A DNA stretch of 62,803 bases, filler included, from Bradymonadales bacterium (GCA_007693605.1; 5 parts of 5 records of this genome joined end to end with filler, not necessarily neighbours in it), one strand, 5' to 3'. Counted from the whole stretch's first letter, positions 37,958-47,657 are shown. Notes: generated by a model from the letters alone, not told the origin. Program-made: numbers and translations.

Positions 37958-38325
37958 TGACCACTGAGCCTAGAGTTTAGCGATGGGGAAGTCTATTCCA
38001 ATGACAGTTTGTCCTCGTTTATGGGTATTCTCGTAACCCTCGAGCGATGCAAACGGGAGCTCGATGCCAGATCCGAGAATCAGAGCGAGCCTACTTGTAT
38101 GTAGAATTTCTATGTGATTCGTTCAGCTGCAAGCACTACTCTCCTGCAGCGATACGTTTAAATCGTTGGCCCCGAAACTCGTCGACTCTTAGATTTGAGC
38201 AAAATCTCGCTTTATTTTACCTTCGTATAAGTTTGTGAAGTTCGACCAGAAGGAGAACGCTGGGTGCCATGATGAGAATGCTGATCCAGCTTTGAATGCC
38301 CAAAGGCTCTAACCCCAGCAAAGCT

Positions 38326-38425
38326 NNNNNNNNNNNNNNNNNNNNNNNNNNNNNNNNNNNNNNNNNNNNTTAATTAATTAANNNNNNNNNNNNNNNNNNN
38401 NNNNNNNNNNNNNNNNNNNNNNNNN
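38326..38425. other. Artificial contig linker
   Basis: N44-TTAATTAATTAA-N44. Confidence 0.98.
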
Positions 38426-38610
38426 TTCTATCCGGGGGAGCCCGCTTTTTTCAAACCCTAACGATTATTGGGACATCACCGAATCGCATTGGATTGGTGT
38501 TTAAGAGTACGGAATTCATTGGATTTTTTTCTAAATTACTGTGCTGCCATTGCGCCTGCTTGCGTCACCTCAAGCAAGAAGGTCAAAAAGGGCGCTGAGT
38601 TTTGCTTTGA

Positions 38611-39450
38611 TTAGAGATTGTCTAACTCCTCCAGTAGTTTCAAAAGCTCTGTCCAAACATCATTAAATTCTTGTTGATTAGAGAACTCCTTCACGCTTGG
38701 CCAAGCAGATCGTAAGGACTGAAGATCAAGGCTTTTTGCAAATTCAACATAGGAGCTTGGCTTTTCAGTTCCTCGATTAGAAAATGTCCTTTCAATGGCC
38801 GATTTGAGATCTTTTGATTTTAAACCGTCTGGCAAGAATCTAACCAAATCAAGGAGATCTTTTGCGCGTGAATTCAAAGATTCACGCGCAACAAAGGCAT
38901 CCAGTTTTTCCGCAAGGACTGTTTCGATGGGGTATACCTCGGCGGATATTGATGAAAGTCCACTCACAAGGGACTCCATTTTTACTTTTGTGGGTTTCGG
39001 CGTGATTACATCTCCAAATCCAATATCGAAATGAATTCGGGATAATTTTTTTATTTTTGAAGCATCCGGCTTTGGTCCAAGTTGAAAGGCCATGTTAAAT
39101 CTAACGGTGCCGTAAGGATCGTCAGGAACCATGTCTTCTTGTTTTTCATCCCCAAACCAAAAGTGATCTTCAAGATCAAGGCGAATGCAGGCTTTAACCC
39201 GTTTAATAAGCTCCTCTGTCTCAATCCTCGAAGCCAGAGCGTCCAGATCTCTTGTAAATCGTGAGCTTCCGAATACTCGAAGAAGAATAAAACCCCCCTT
39301 AAAGACGAGGTGTTGACTCAACTCGTGGTCTGTTTGGAGGCGCGCCATGAGCCGTTCGATGGCAAGCACTATTCTTGCTTCATTAAAATCGAGTTTTCTC
39401 TCTTCAGCGAAGCTTTTAAGTTGTTGGTTGATTTGATGAATGCTTGTCAT
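38611..39450 (-). CDS. abiEii: AbiEii-family nucleotidyltransferase toxin (type IV TA)
   Basis: LVFKGG, SRFTRDLD, DIGFGD, ETVLAEK, NSRAKDLLD. Confidence 0.9.
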   Translation of the reverse strand: MTSIHQINQQLKSFAEERKLDFNEARIVLAIERLMARLQTDHELSQHLVFKGGFILLRVFGSSRFTRDLDALASRIETEELIKRVKACIRLDLEDHFWFGDEKQEDMVPDDPYGTVRFNMAFQLGPKPDASKIKKLSRIHFDIGFGDVITPKPTKVKMESLVSGLSSISAEVYPIETVLAEKLDAFVARESLNSRAKDLLDLVRFLPDGLKSKDLKSAIERTFSNRGTEKPSSYVEFAKSLDLQSLRSAWPSVKEFSNQQEFNDVWTELLKLLEELDNL

Positions 39451-40037
39451 GGTGAAAGGGCCTCCAGGTAAGCTTGAATTCTTGCATCTACTTCCATTGC
39501 TCGGGCGACATTGTAAATTTTAGGAATAGTGGTTTTCTTATTTTTGATGGCTCGCTTCAGAGCAGCAAGTGCTTCGTTTTTTCCGATCAGTCGGTGCAAA
39601 ATCAAACTCTCTACAATGCTCCGTTCAATAGAGGTAATGGCATATCCAGATTTTTCAACGATACCGACATTCCATTGAGGGTTTCTCTTTCGCACCAATC
39701 GAAGTCGGGGGTGTCGCCTTCGGACTTCCTGTGGAACTAATACCCACACCTTCTTTGGGATGCTGTCCGTGAGATCGTAATAAGCAAGAGCAGACAAAAG
39801 GCAAATGGCCGCAGGACTTCGAGTCACTTTCATCGCCATTTGATAATCAGCCTCTGGTTCATGAAGGAGGGAGGCGTCTCGATATTGACCGTAGCCAGTT
39901 TTTTCGATGAGGCCCTGCTTTATAAGCTTTGTGAGATCGTGTTGGCTTAGCCCCAACTGAAGCGCCTCTTTATAGGAAAAAGCCTTCTTTCTCAGGGTTA
40001 CTGGCATTTTCATCTCCATTGTCATATTTTGACTCAA
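39447..40037 (-). CDS. abiEi: AbiEi-family antitoxin/transcriptional regulator
   Basis: N-terminal wHTH (LIEKTGYGQY), ICLLSALAYYDLTD.IP, TSIERSIVE; 4-bp overlap with toxin; true start probably 40025 or 40019. Confidence 0.88.
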   Translation of the reverse strand: MSQNMTMEMKMPVTLRKKAFSYKEALQLGLSQHDLTKLIKQGLIEKTGYGQYRDASLLHEPEADYQMAMKVTRSPAAICLLSALAYYDLTDSIPKKVWVLVPQEVRRRHPRLRLVRKRNPQWNVGIVEKSGYAITSIERSIVESLILHRLIGKNEALAALKRAIKNKKTTIPKIYNVARAMEVDARIQAYLEALSP

Positions 40038-40056
40038 TTTATAATTTGAGTCAAAA
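40027..40056. promoter_or_regulatory. AbiEi operator-like palindrome
   Basis: TTTTGACTCAA-TTTATAAT-TTGAGTCAAAA immediately upstream of abiEi. Confidence 0.7.
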
Positions 40057-40092
40057 GTTATAATACCTTGAAATCTGCCGGATTCGAGACCC

Positions 40093-40154
40093 GATGTGCT
40101 ACCGATGTGCTACAAGAAACAAAGCTCAACCGAATTCCACCAAACTCCCCCGAA
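40093..40154 (+). repeat. Putative integrase arm sites (GATGTGCTAC(C/A) x2) plus three phased 10-bp repeats
   Basis: 40093-40114 tandem 11-mers; CTCAACCGAA/TTCCACCAAA/CTCCCCCGAA at 40125-40154. Confidence 0.6.
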
Positions 40155-40209
40155 GTGGCTGAAGTGTGGAAATCCCGGTGTCTTAGTTAAAAATGGCTTC
40201 TAGTGCGGG

Positions 40210-40239
40210 TTTACAAGTGTTTGAGTTTATAGGTATAGT
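40210..40239 (+). promoter_or_regulatory. Sigma70-like promoter of the tRNA
   Basis: TTTACA-N18-TATAGT, 12 bp before the tRNA. Confidence 0.5.
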
Positions 40240-40251
40240 TCCTTCATAGGT

Positions 40252-40329
<78 letters not shown>

Positions 40330-40333
40330 ATTT

Positions 40334-40373
40334 AAAACCCTTCTAGACTATGTTTAGAGGGGTTTTCTTTTTT
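40334..40373 (+). terminator. Rho-independent terminator
   Basis: AAAACCCTTCTAGAC-TAT-GTTTAGAGGGGTTTT followed by a T-tract. Confidence 0.75.
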
Positions 40374-40396
40374 GGAGCTAGGCTCGCAATTCCCGA

Positions 40397-40418
40397 AATA
40401 TGTTACGGATATGTTACC
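40397..40418 (+). repeat. Putative integrase arm sites (A/G)ATATGTTAC(G/C) x2
   Basis: Tandem 11-mers; GATATGTTACC matches GATGTGCTACC at 9/11. Confidence 0.6.
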
Positions 40419-40445
40419 AAAAAACGAAGAGCAACGAAGTCAGGC

Positions 40446-41606
40446 TTAATCGTTACAAATGACCAATCTCAGATTCGATACTTTCTTTGGCAGTGACACT
40501 TCTTTGGGCTTGATGCTGAAAGTTCGCGCCACTTCTTTGATCTTCTCAGCCACGCGATGGGTATAGTCCATAGTGGTTTTTATATCTTGATGACCGGCAA
40601 TATCTTGAACGGTTCTCAAGTCCACCCCTGAAGCCACCATCAAAGTGAGGGCAACATGGCGAAGATCGTGAAAGCGAATTTTCCGACCTCCCCATTCTTC
40701 GAGATCCGCTTTAAAGACTCGCTTCCTAAAGTTGTCGTGATTCATTGGCTTACTTGCCTCGGACTGAAACAAAGCCTCATCGGGAAGTTTCTTCTGAATC
40801 TCTATAAGACTTAAAAGTTCTTGCTTCAACTCGTCGTTACAAGGGACTCGGCGATTCCTTTTAGCTTTCGTCGCTCGATAACCACGTTGGAGGCGATCAA
40901 ACTGACGTTGAATCAGAATAATCTCATCGCCTTGAACGAGATCATGTCGTCTGAGTCCCCAAATTTCACCAGCCCTTAGGCCCGTGTTGATTGTGAGTAG
41001 ATAAACAACATACTTCCATCGATCAGAACTCCCTTTTGGATATTTTGAATTGGCAAAAGATAGAAAACTTTCAGCCTCTTCAATTTCCCAACAGGTTGTT
41101 TCAGCTCTCTCAATGCGGAGTTTCTGATAACCGCTTGCGGGGTTATAGGGGATTCTGCGGTGGCGAACAGCGAGATTCAAAACCGAAGTGATAATTTCAA
41201 TTTTGCGATTCACCGTTGTCGTCGAAAGCCCCAGGGCGACTTGTTCAGCCTGGAGGGTGGTTAACAAGTTTGGCGTAATGCGATTAGGTCTTAGGTTTCC
41301 TAATCGGGGTAGCCATTCTCTAAAAACTCCTTCAGCGCGTTTCAAGTGGCCGGGACTCAGTGTGTGGCGACGTTGCGAAATCCAATACTCTGCTTCTTCT
41401 TTGAAAGTGGTTTCTTCAAAATCTCGAACATCAGGATGACCTCGTTTGAGTTCGTTCTTCCTCGTTCTGTAATTTTGCAAAAACGCTTCGGCGTCGGACT
41501 TTCTTTCAAATCGTCGCACGATTCGCTTAGAGCCTCGTCCACCTGTGTAGACAACAACTTCCCAGCGAGTGCATTTGTTTTTTGTGAGAACTTTTTTGAT
41601 AGGCAT
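40446..41606 (-). CDS. Tyrosine integrase
   Basis: TGLRAGE, FHDLRH, AGHQDIKTTMDY (R-H-x-x-R-H-Y); N-terminal arm-binding region RRFERKSDA. Confidence 0.95.
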   Translation of the reverse strand: MPIKKVLTKNKCTRWEVVVYTGGRGSKRIVRRFERKSDAEAFLQNYRTRKNELKRGHPDVRDFEETTFKEEAEYWISQRRHTLSPGHLKRAEGVFREWLPRLGNLRPNRITPNLLTTLQAEQVALGLSTTTVNRKIEIITSVLNLAVRHRRIPYNPASGYQKLRIERAETTCWEIEEAESFLSFANSKYPKGSSDRWKYVVYLLTINTGLRAGEIWGLRRHDLVQGDEIILIQRQFDRLQRGYRATKAKRNRRVPCNDELKQELLSLIEIQKKLPDEALFQSEASKPMNHDNFRKRVFKADLEEWGGRKIRFHDLRHVALTLMVASGVDLRTVQDIAGHQDIKTTMDYTHRVAEKIKEVARTFSIKPKEVSLPKKVSNLRLVICND

Positions 41607-41622
41607 GATTTCCTCCCATCTC

Positions 41623-41850
41623 TCACCGCAGTGAGGGATTTTGTGAGGTTATCCATTCCTTGAGCACGTCAGTTCTCAGGTAAAGGGTTCGGTTAAGTTT
41701 GATGAATAGACTCTCAGGAACTTTCCTGAGTTTCGCTCGATACTTCCAATCGTAAATTGTCTGAATTGAAAGCCCGAGGATCTCAGCAGCTCTCTGTGGT
41801 CTAATCATCGGCGGCAGGTTTTCAAAGAACGTATTGCTTATGCCAGTCAT
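41623..41850 (-). CDS. Excisionase/AlpA-like HTH protein
   Basis: IRPQRAAEILGLSIQTIYDW...LKEWI; directly upstream of the integrase. Confidence 0.8.
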   Translation of the reverse strand: MTGISNTFFENLPPMIRPQRAAEILGLSIQTIYDWKYRAKLRKVPESLFIKLNRTLYLRTDVLKEWITSQNPSLR

Positions 41851-42935
41851 ATTCCACCCCTCTCACCGAGATCAAGGTCGCCAACATTGCCACGGCAGAA
41901 AAGTGGCGATCTTGAATTGGTCGGCTCCTTTGGTAGCTCCCAATACCATTCGTTTTTGGTTTTTTTGGATTTGACCCCAAGTGCGGATTTGGCCCGCTGA
42001 AGTGTTCGGCTGGTGAGGCCTTCAGCGGAGGCGGAGTTGTAGACTTCATCGCTTTTAACGGGTCCACCTTCAAGAATTTCTTTTAGAAAGTTTTCTGCAT
42101 CACCAATAGGCTGGGAAGTAGGTGCCATCCGTCTGCTGACTTTTTCTTCAGTTAGATCGCTCTTTCCAGTCCATTCAAAGCTACCGTCTGAAATGGTGAA
42201 GCCCTGTGGGTCGCCCTTTTTTTCGAGATTCATCTTAATCGGAATAACAGCTCGCTTTTCTTGGTTTTCAGGATCTGCTCCGACAAGCAGCACAGATCGT
42301 GCTGCGCCGACAAAATCAATGGAGCCCATTCCTTGATACAAAGCTTTTCCTCGGTCTCCCTTTGCCAAGTGCCGAATAATGATCAGCGCAAAGCCAAACT
42401 CCATTGCAAGTTTCGCTAGGGCCGACAATATACTTCGGACATGATTGGCTCTGTTCATATCAACTCCCGCTGCAAGAAAAGCCTGTATCGGGTCAATGAT
42501 CAGGAGTGACGGCGTAGATTTTGAAATACTCTCACGCAGCTCTGAGTTTTCAAGACCATCTAAATTTAGATGATTCTTAAAAAGGTAGATTCGAGCCTGG
42601 TCAGCGCCCATTTTTGATAGCCGAGGTTTTATAGTATCTCCGGCACCATCCTCGTTGCACAGAATCAATGTGTTTCCAGGTTGAAGAACCTGGCCTTCAG
42701 GCAATTGGCCACCTCGACTGAGTTCAGCAGCAATTGCAAGGAGGGCGGTGGATTTTCCCATTCCCGGATCTCCATCGACTACAGTGAGTTTCTTGAACGG
42801 GATGTAAGGATACCAAAGCCAGTCAACAGTCTCTTCAGTGACGTCCGACATTTTTACGAGTGAACGATGATTCGCACCTAACTGATCCCAAGTTAGTTCT
42901 CCAATGTCTAGCTCAGTCGTCATAGCTCGGCCCAT
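41847..42935 (-). CDS. AAA_25/RepA-like helicase (element replication protein)
   Basis: VDWLWYPYIP, GDPGMGKS, NEDG, IIDP, RHLAK, GSIDFVGAARS, C-terminal wHTH. Confidence 0.85.
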   Translation of the reverse strand: MGRAMTTELDIGELTWDQLGANHRSLVKMSDVTEETVDWLWYPYIPFKKLTVVDGDPGMGKSTALLAIAAELSRGGQLPEGQVLQPGNTLILCNEDGAGDTIKPRLSKMGADQARIYLFKNHLNLDGLENSELRESISKSTPSLLIIDPIQAFLAAGVDMNRANHVRSILSALAKLAMEFGFALIIIRHLAKGDRGKALYQGMGSIDFVGAARSVLLVGADPENQEKRAVIPIKMNLEKKGDPQGFTISDGSFEWTGKSDLTEEKVSRRMAPTSQPIGDAENFLKEILEGGPVKSDEVYNSASAEGLTSRTLQRAKSALGVKSKKTKNEWYWELPKEPTNSRSPLFCRGNVGDLDLGERGGI

Positions 42936-43137
42936 CCAGTTGTTCTTGGTTAAAGACCTGCTTAACTCTCCCTTCTAGCCCACGATCACCAAAGGCTTTC
43001 AATAGGCGTAGCCTGACAAACCGCCAATTTGGGGATTCACTCAACTCGACTTCAAATGTGTCTAAAATATTGGCACGACAGGTTGAAACCGCATCGAGCA
43101 AATACTTCTGTAGATGTTCTGGATTCTGAAAAAGCAC
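42913..43137 (-). CDS. Hypothetical protein
   Basis: 74 aa; GGGAGG RBS before GTG; co-oriented with the replication module. Confidence 0.6.
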   Translation of the reverse strand: MLFQNPEHLQKYLLDAVSTCRANILDTFEVELSESPNWRFVRLRLLKAFGDRGLEGRVKQVFNQEQLDGPSYDD

Positions 43138-43251
43138 TTAGCCTCCCTTTTGTCGGGAAGGCGTGTTGAGTTCATTCCCACCAGCCATTCCCGTGCCTTG
43201 ATAAAAGCACGACGGCGAAATGGGCTCACGGAACCTAGAAACGTTGCTAAG

Positions 43252-43854
43252 TTACTGGCTTTTTGCGGGTAGACTTTTGATTCCAGCCCGATGAAGGCGC
43301 TGAATCACGGCGTCCTCGTGCACCGAATTGGTATAAAGGTGCTCTCGAATAATCCTAATGATTGCCATTTTTCGCTCGGTATCGGTGCTCCAGAAAAGCC
43401 TGTAAGTTTTGCCTTCAATCTGTGTTCTATAAACAGTGTCAGCTTTCTGTCGCGAGTATGCGGCCTCAAGAGAATTATAGATTGAGACGACTGCCTGTTC
43501 TTTAGGTGAGCTATCATAATGGAGATTCAAAATTCTCAGAGCGGCAGTCCTGCGTTTCTCAATTCTCTCAGGCGTTTGTAGTGCTTTTTCAGCCTCAAGG
43601 ATCAATTTGTCATGCTGTTGATGTTCGGAAAGAAGAATTGGCACATTACGTGCGATCCGGAGAATAGCAGCTGCACATTCCCTTTCTGCTGAATCCAGCG
43701 ATTCGCCAGATTCTATTTTGTTTGCCAGGTAGTCGCCAGCGGATGTGAGCTCGGCATGTGAAGCATCCAACCAAGTAATCTTCTTGGCTAATGCCGTTAA
43801 ATCTTCAAAATTCGCGGGTCCCAGTTCGTTTGTTGATGCGCCAGTCCATTCCAT
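43252..43854 (-). CDS. Hypothetical protein
   Basis: 200-aa ORF within the element. Confidence 0.6.
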   Translation of the reverse strand: MEWTGASTNELGPANFEDLTALAKKITWLDASHAELTSAGDYLANKIESGESLDSAERECAAAILRIARNVPILLSEHQQHDKLILEAEKALQTPERIEKRRTAALRILNLHYDSSPKEQAVVSIYNSLEAAYSRQKADTVYRTQIEGKTYRLFWSTDTERKMAIIRIIREHLYTNSVHEDAVIQRLHRAGIKSLPAKSQ

Positions 43855-43937
43855 TCCCCGATAGAACAGCTAATTCGTGGGCACCGCCAAGCTTAAATTG
43901 TGGGCGATAAAAATTAGGCTTCAGCGCGGCTAGTTGC

Positions 43938-44237
43938 CTATACCTCTAGAGCTTCCTCTTCCTCGATCATCCGGACGAGGTCCGCAATGCTCATTCGAGA
44001 ATCAGGCTTGGGAGCTTCAGTAGGCTTCCTCCGCGGATAAAGAAAGGGCATCAGACCCAAACAGACTTCGGCCTGTTTCTCAGGCGATAATTGTGGGAGT
44101 AGACCCACTAAATAATTTGGAAGGTTGAAATCAAGATCGCCAAATATTTCCTCCAGCTCAACAGAACGCCGATTTGGGGTGCCAGCTTTTCCCCCACCAG
44201 TTTTCTTTCCCCTTGGTTCGCCTGCTGGCCATGCCAT
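43938..44237 (-). CDS. Small terminase-like protein
   Basis: GKKTGGGKAGTPNR followed by short helices and LMPFLYPRRK, reminiscent of TerS-type proteins. Confidence 0.5.
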   Translation of the reverse strand: MAWPAGEPRGKKTGGGKAGTPNRRSVELEEIFGDLDFNLPNYLVGLLPQLSPEKQAEVCLGLMPFLYPRRKPTEAPKPDSRMSIADLVRMIEEEEALEV

Positions 44238-44269
44238 TTTTCAATTCTAAAGTAGAATTACGTGAAACG

Positions 44270-45028
44270 CTAACCCTGAAGAGCGCCTGAGACAGCATCA
44301 CGATACCTGCAGTAATCGCAGTCTTCGTTTGGCTTCGGGGTCTTATCGGCAACTAAACATTGATGTGCTGCTCGCACTGTATTTTCTACCCAGCCATCAT
44401 CGCCAGTGTAAGAGATCAGCTTGATATCGAAGCACAACGTTGCATTAAATTGCTCAACATCGGCCTTGCCATTGCAATAAACAAAATATCCCGTTGCATC
44501 GACTTGGAAATCATTTCGCCGAAAGAGCCACTGATACATTTCCATTTGTCGTTTGTAACCGTCCTGCCAGTCCGCATCGAGAGTGACTTCGGTGGCCTTC
44601 GATGTGGCTTTGTAATCAACGATGATTAGTTCACCACTTGGCTTCACCCACACATCGTCGACGCCACCAGTAAAAAGTATATTAGTTCCAGGAATCGCGT
44701 ATTGAATCCCGGCTCTCAGTGAATCTCGCCACTCATCCATTTTCTCGTGCTTAAATGAAATCGCATTTACGCCAGCAGTTTGCATCAATGGATGCGATGT
44801 GCCCGTTTGTCGATGCAGATCAAATTCCTTTTTCAGTAAAGCATCGACGGCTGAGTTCAGTGCGAATGGAAAACCTGGTGGTCTGCCCACGCCAATTCGT
44901 CGATCCAAATAAAAACAAAATGGGCACTCCTGAAATAATTCAATTTTAGATCGACTCAATCTGAATGGCGTCGCCGAGGATGGATCGAATAAATTCCTCG
45001 TTCTCTGTGATCGATAATATTTGCTCAA
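44270..45028 (-). CDS. PD-(D/E)XK nuclease, RecB/Cas4-like with Cys cluster
   Basis: LSRSKI..F.ECPFCFY, GGVDD, IVDYK, QMEMY, C..DCDYC. Confidence 0.85.
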   Translation of the reverse strand: MSKYYRSQRTRNLFDPSSATPFRLSRSKIELFQECPFCFYLDRRIGVGRPPGFPFALNSAVDALLKKEFDLHRQTGTSHPLMQTAGVNAISFKHEKMDEWRDSLRAGIQYAIPGTNILFTGGVDDVWVKPSGELIIVDYKATSKATEVTLDADWQDGYKRQMEMYQWLFRRNDFQVDATGYFVYCNGKADVEQFNATLCFDIKLISYTGDDGWVENTVRAAHQCLVADKTPKPNEDCDYCRYRDAVSGALQG

Positions 45029-45070
45029 TTTTCCCGCCCTTCCATTCAGTTAGTCAAAAACCAGCTGATC

Positions 45071-45110
45071 TCATCTTTACTTGTCTTTGATTGTCTTAAA
45101 TAATCTAATA
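45071..45110. promoter_or_regulatory. Four phased 10-bp direct repeats in the divergent promoter
   Basis: TCATCTTTAC TTGTCTTTGA TTGTCTTAAA TAATCTAATA. Confidence 0.45.
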
Positions 45111-45135
45111 AATTACAAACACGTTAGAGGGGTTA

Positions 45136-45390
45136 ATGGAAAAAGTCCTAGAAAAAGCCGATCTACGCCAAAACACAATCGAGCGATGGTTCTCCGTTGA
45201 GGAGATCGCAGACCATCTCGGCATCTCAAAAGAGACCGTTTATCGCTGGCTTGAGCGCGGAATTATTCCGGCAAATCGCATGGGAAAGCTCTGGAAGTTT
45301 AAGCCAAGCGAAGTCGATCAATGGGTAAAAAACGGAGGCGCTACTTCAGACGCCACGGACGATAAGCAAGGGTCTGTATGGCAAGGCTAA
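45136..45390 (+). CDS. HTH_17/Xis-family DNA-binding protein
   Basis: RWFSVEEIADHLGISKETVYRW...IPANRMGKLWKFKPSEVDQWV. Confidence 0.88.
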   Translation: MEKVLEKADLRQNTIERWFSVEEIADHLGISKETVYRWLERGIIPANRMGKLWKFKPSEVDQWVKNGGATSDATDDKQGSVWQG

Positions 45391-47657
45391 CGGAACAAGA
45401 ACAACAAGAAATTACAAGATTTATTGAAGCGGACAAACCGCTGCCTGATAAATACAGGTTTTTGCTATTTGAAGATAAGCGTGAAGTTGAGCTTGTATGG
45501 AATGGTAAGACGAATGAAGTCTGCAATATCGTTTTGCCATTTCAAACAATTGAGCAGGTCGACGAACCGCGCGAAGAAGCCGGTAAAAAATTACAGCGAA
45601 ATCTATTCGATATAGATGCTCGAGGACGTCAATTGCGTGGCTGGACCAACAAGCTAATTTGGGGCGACAACAAACTTATTCTCTCATCACTCAAAAACGG
45701 CCCACTCCGTGACGAAATTGAAAAACAAGGCGGGATTAAACTTATTTATATCGATCCTCCATTTGACGTAGGTGCCGATTTTTCAATGGATGTTGATATT
45801 GGAGATGAGACTCTAACAAAGAAACCAAGCATCTTAGAGGAAATTGCCTATCGAGACACGTGGGGACGTGGCACGGACTCTTTCATTGCAATGATTTATG
45901 AGCGCCTAAAGATAATGTATGATCTCTTAGCCGATGACGGGAGCATTTACGTTCACTGTGATTGGCGGGTGAATAGTTACTTGAGGTCGGTGCTTGATGA
46001 AATTTTTGGATTTGAAAATCTAAGAAACGAAATTACTTGGGTCAGATCGACAAATCCCAAAGGCTCTCAATTTGATTCTCCAAAATATAGTGTGTTCACT
46101 GACACGATCTTCCTTTATGCAAAATCGGCAGAAACCAAACTTGATATTGCAGCAGTCAGGGAACCTCTAACGAAAGATGAATTGGCTGAGAAATACTCTT
46201 CTAAGGACGAGAAGGGCTCTTATTATGACGGACCTATTGTTTCGTCTGCTTCAATGGGACCTCGGCCGACACTTGTCTATGAATTCAAAGGCTATACTCC
46301 TCCACCGTGGGGTTGGAGGCTTAAAAAAGAAAATCTTGAGCAACTCGATGCTAACGGTAATTTGGGATGGACACGAAATGGAAAGCCATTCCGAAAACTT
46401 CGTCCTGAAGATGATCAAGGCAAGGTTGTTGGCAATATATGGTCAGACATTTCATTGCTCAATTCCCAAGCTGAAGAACGTGTCGGGTATCCAACACAAA
46501 AACCTGAAGCCCTCATTGAGAGGATTATAAAAGCGAGTAGCAAGCCAGACGACCTCGTGGCTGATTTCTTTTGTGGTTCCGGAACAATGGCGTGTGCAGC
46601 AGAAAAGCTGGGAAGAAAATGGATTTGTGCCGATTTAGGAAAGTTTGCGATCCACACTTCACGCAAAAGGTTGATCGGTACTCAGCGACAACTTAAAGCT
46701 GAAGGCAAAAACTATCGTGCGTTTGAAATCCTCAACCTCGGTAAATACGAGCGGCAACTCTATGTCGGCGTCAATCCCGACCTACGAGAGGAACAGAAAG
46801 CAAAGCAATTAGCAGAAAAAGAGCAGGCGTTCATTGACCTCATTCTCAAAGCCTACAAAGCAGAAGGCACAACAGGCTTTAATGTTTTCCAAGGCAAAAA
46901 GAATGGTCGACTGATTGCTATTGGGCCAGTCAATTTGCCTGTTTCTCGCTTGTTTGTTGAGGAAGTAATTTCGGAATGTCGCCAAAAGAAAATTACCAAA
47001 ATTGATATCCTTGGTTTTGAGTTTGAAATGGGCCTGTTCCCTGACTCACTCGAAGAAGCAAAACGTAAGGGCATTGACATTGCGCCGAAATACATTCCAG
47101 CAGATGTATTCGATAAACGCGCCGTCGATCGGAATCAAGTTTCCTTTCACGATGTAGCGTATATTGAAGCAAAGCCTCAATACAAAAAGAATAGTGTTGC
47201 GATTGAGCTAAAAGATTTCTCCGTTTTCTACAATCAAGATTCAACCAACGATGTCTCGGATGGCTTGAAAAATAAAGCCAGCAAGGTTGTCGTCGAACAG
47301 GGTCAGATCGTTAAAATCACCAAAGACGCAAAAGGAAAAATCCATCGAGAGAAGCTTACTAACAAATGGAGCGACTGGGTGGATTATTGGTCAGTTGATT
47401 TTAATTACGGAAGCAAAAAAGAAATCATTCGTGCTAAAAGCCAAGCCAGTGGTCAATGGGAAGATGTTTGGACTGGAGACTACATTTTTGAAAACGAGTG
47501 GCAATCGTTCCGCACAAAAAGTGATCGCTCTCTCGAATTAATTAGCCCCTTTCATGAACTTGAATCCAAATCGCAAAAAATTGCCGTTAAGGTCGTCGAC
47601 ATTTTTGGAAACGACACTATGACGGTAATTGATCTAGCTACCAAAGGGGGCAAGTGA
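45378..47657 (+). CDS. mod: Type III R-M methyltransferase (Mod)
   Basis: IYIDPPF, YPTQKPE, DFFCGSGT (beta-class N6/N4 MTase). Confidence 0.92.
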   Translation: MARLTEQEQQEITRFIEADKPLPDKYRFLLFEDKREVELVWNGKTNEVCNIVLPFQTIEQVDEPREEAGKKLQRNLFDIDARGRQLRGWTNKLIWGDNKLILSSLKNGPLRDEIEKQGGIKLIYIDPPFDVGADFSMDVDIGDETLTKKPSILEEIAYRDTWGRGTDSFIAMIYERLKIMYDLLADDGSIYVHCDWRVNSYLRSVLDEIFGFENLRNEITWVRSTNPKGSQFDSPKYSVFTDTIFLYAKSAETKLDIAAVREPLTKDELAEKYSSKDEKGSYYDGPIVSSASMGPRPTLVYEFKGYTPPPWGWRLKKENLEQLDANGNLGWTRNGKPFRKLRPEDDQGKVVGNIWSDISLLNSQAEERVGYPTQKPEALIERIIKASSKPDDLVADFFCGSGTMACAAEKLGRKWICADLGKFAIHTSRKRLIGTQRQLKAEGKNYRAFEILNLGKYERQLYVGVNPDLREEQKAKQLAEKEQAFIDLILKAYKAEGTTGFNVFQGKKNGRLIAIGPVNLPVSRLFVEEVISECRQKKITKIDILGFEFEMGLFPDSLEEAKRKGIDIAPKYIPADVFDKRAVDRNQVSFHDVAYIEAKPQYKKNSVAIELKDFSVFYNQDSTNDVSDGLKNKASKVVVEQGQIVKITKDAKGKIHREKLTNKWSDWVDYWSVDFNYGSKKEIIRAKSQASGQWEDVWTGDYIFENEWQSFRTKSDRSLELISPFHELESKSQKIAVKVVDIFGNDTMTVIDLATKGGK

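Noticed and set aside
38325..38611. Link between the tRNA-Val island and the AbiE/integrase element
   Set aside because: Separated by an artificial linker, and their 11-bp repeats differ in sequence
44270..45028. Cas4 as evidence of CRISPR-Cas
   Set aside because: Solo PD-(D/E)XK nuclease; no cas1, cas2 or array in the window
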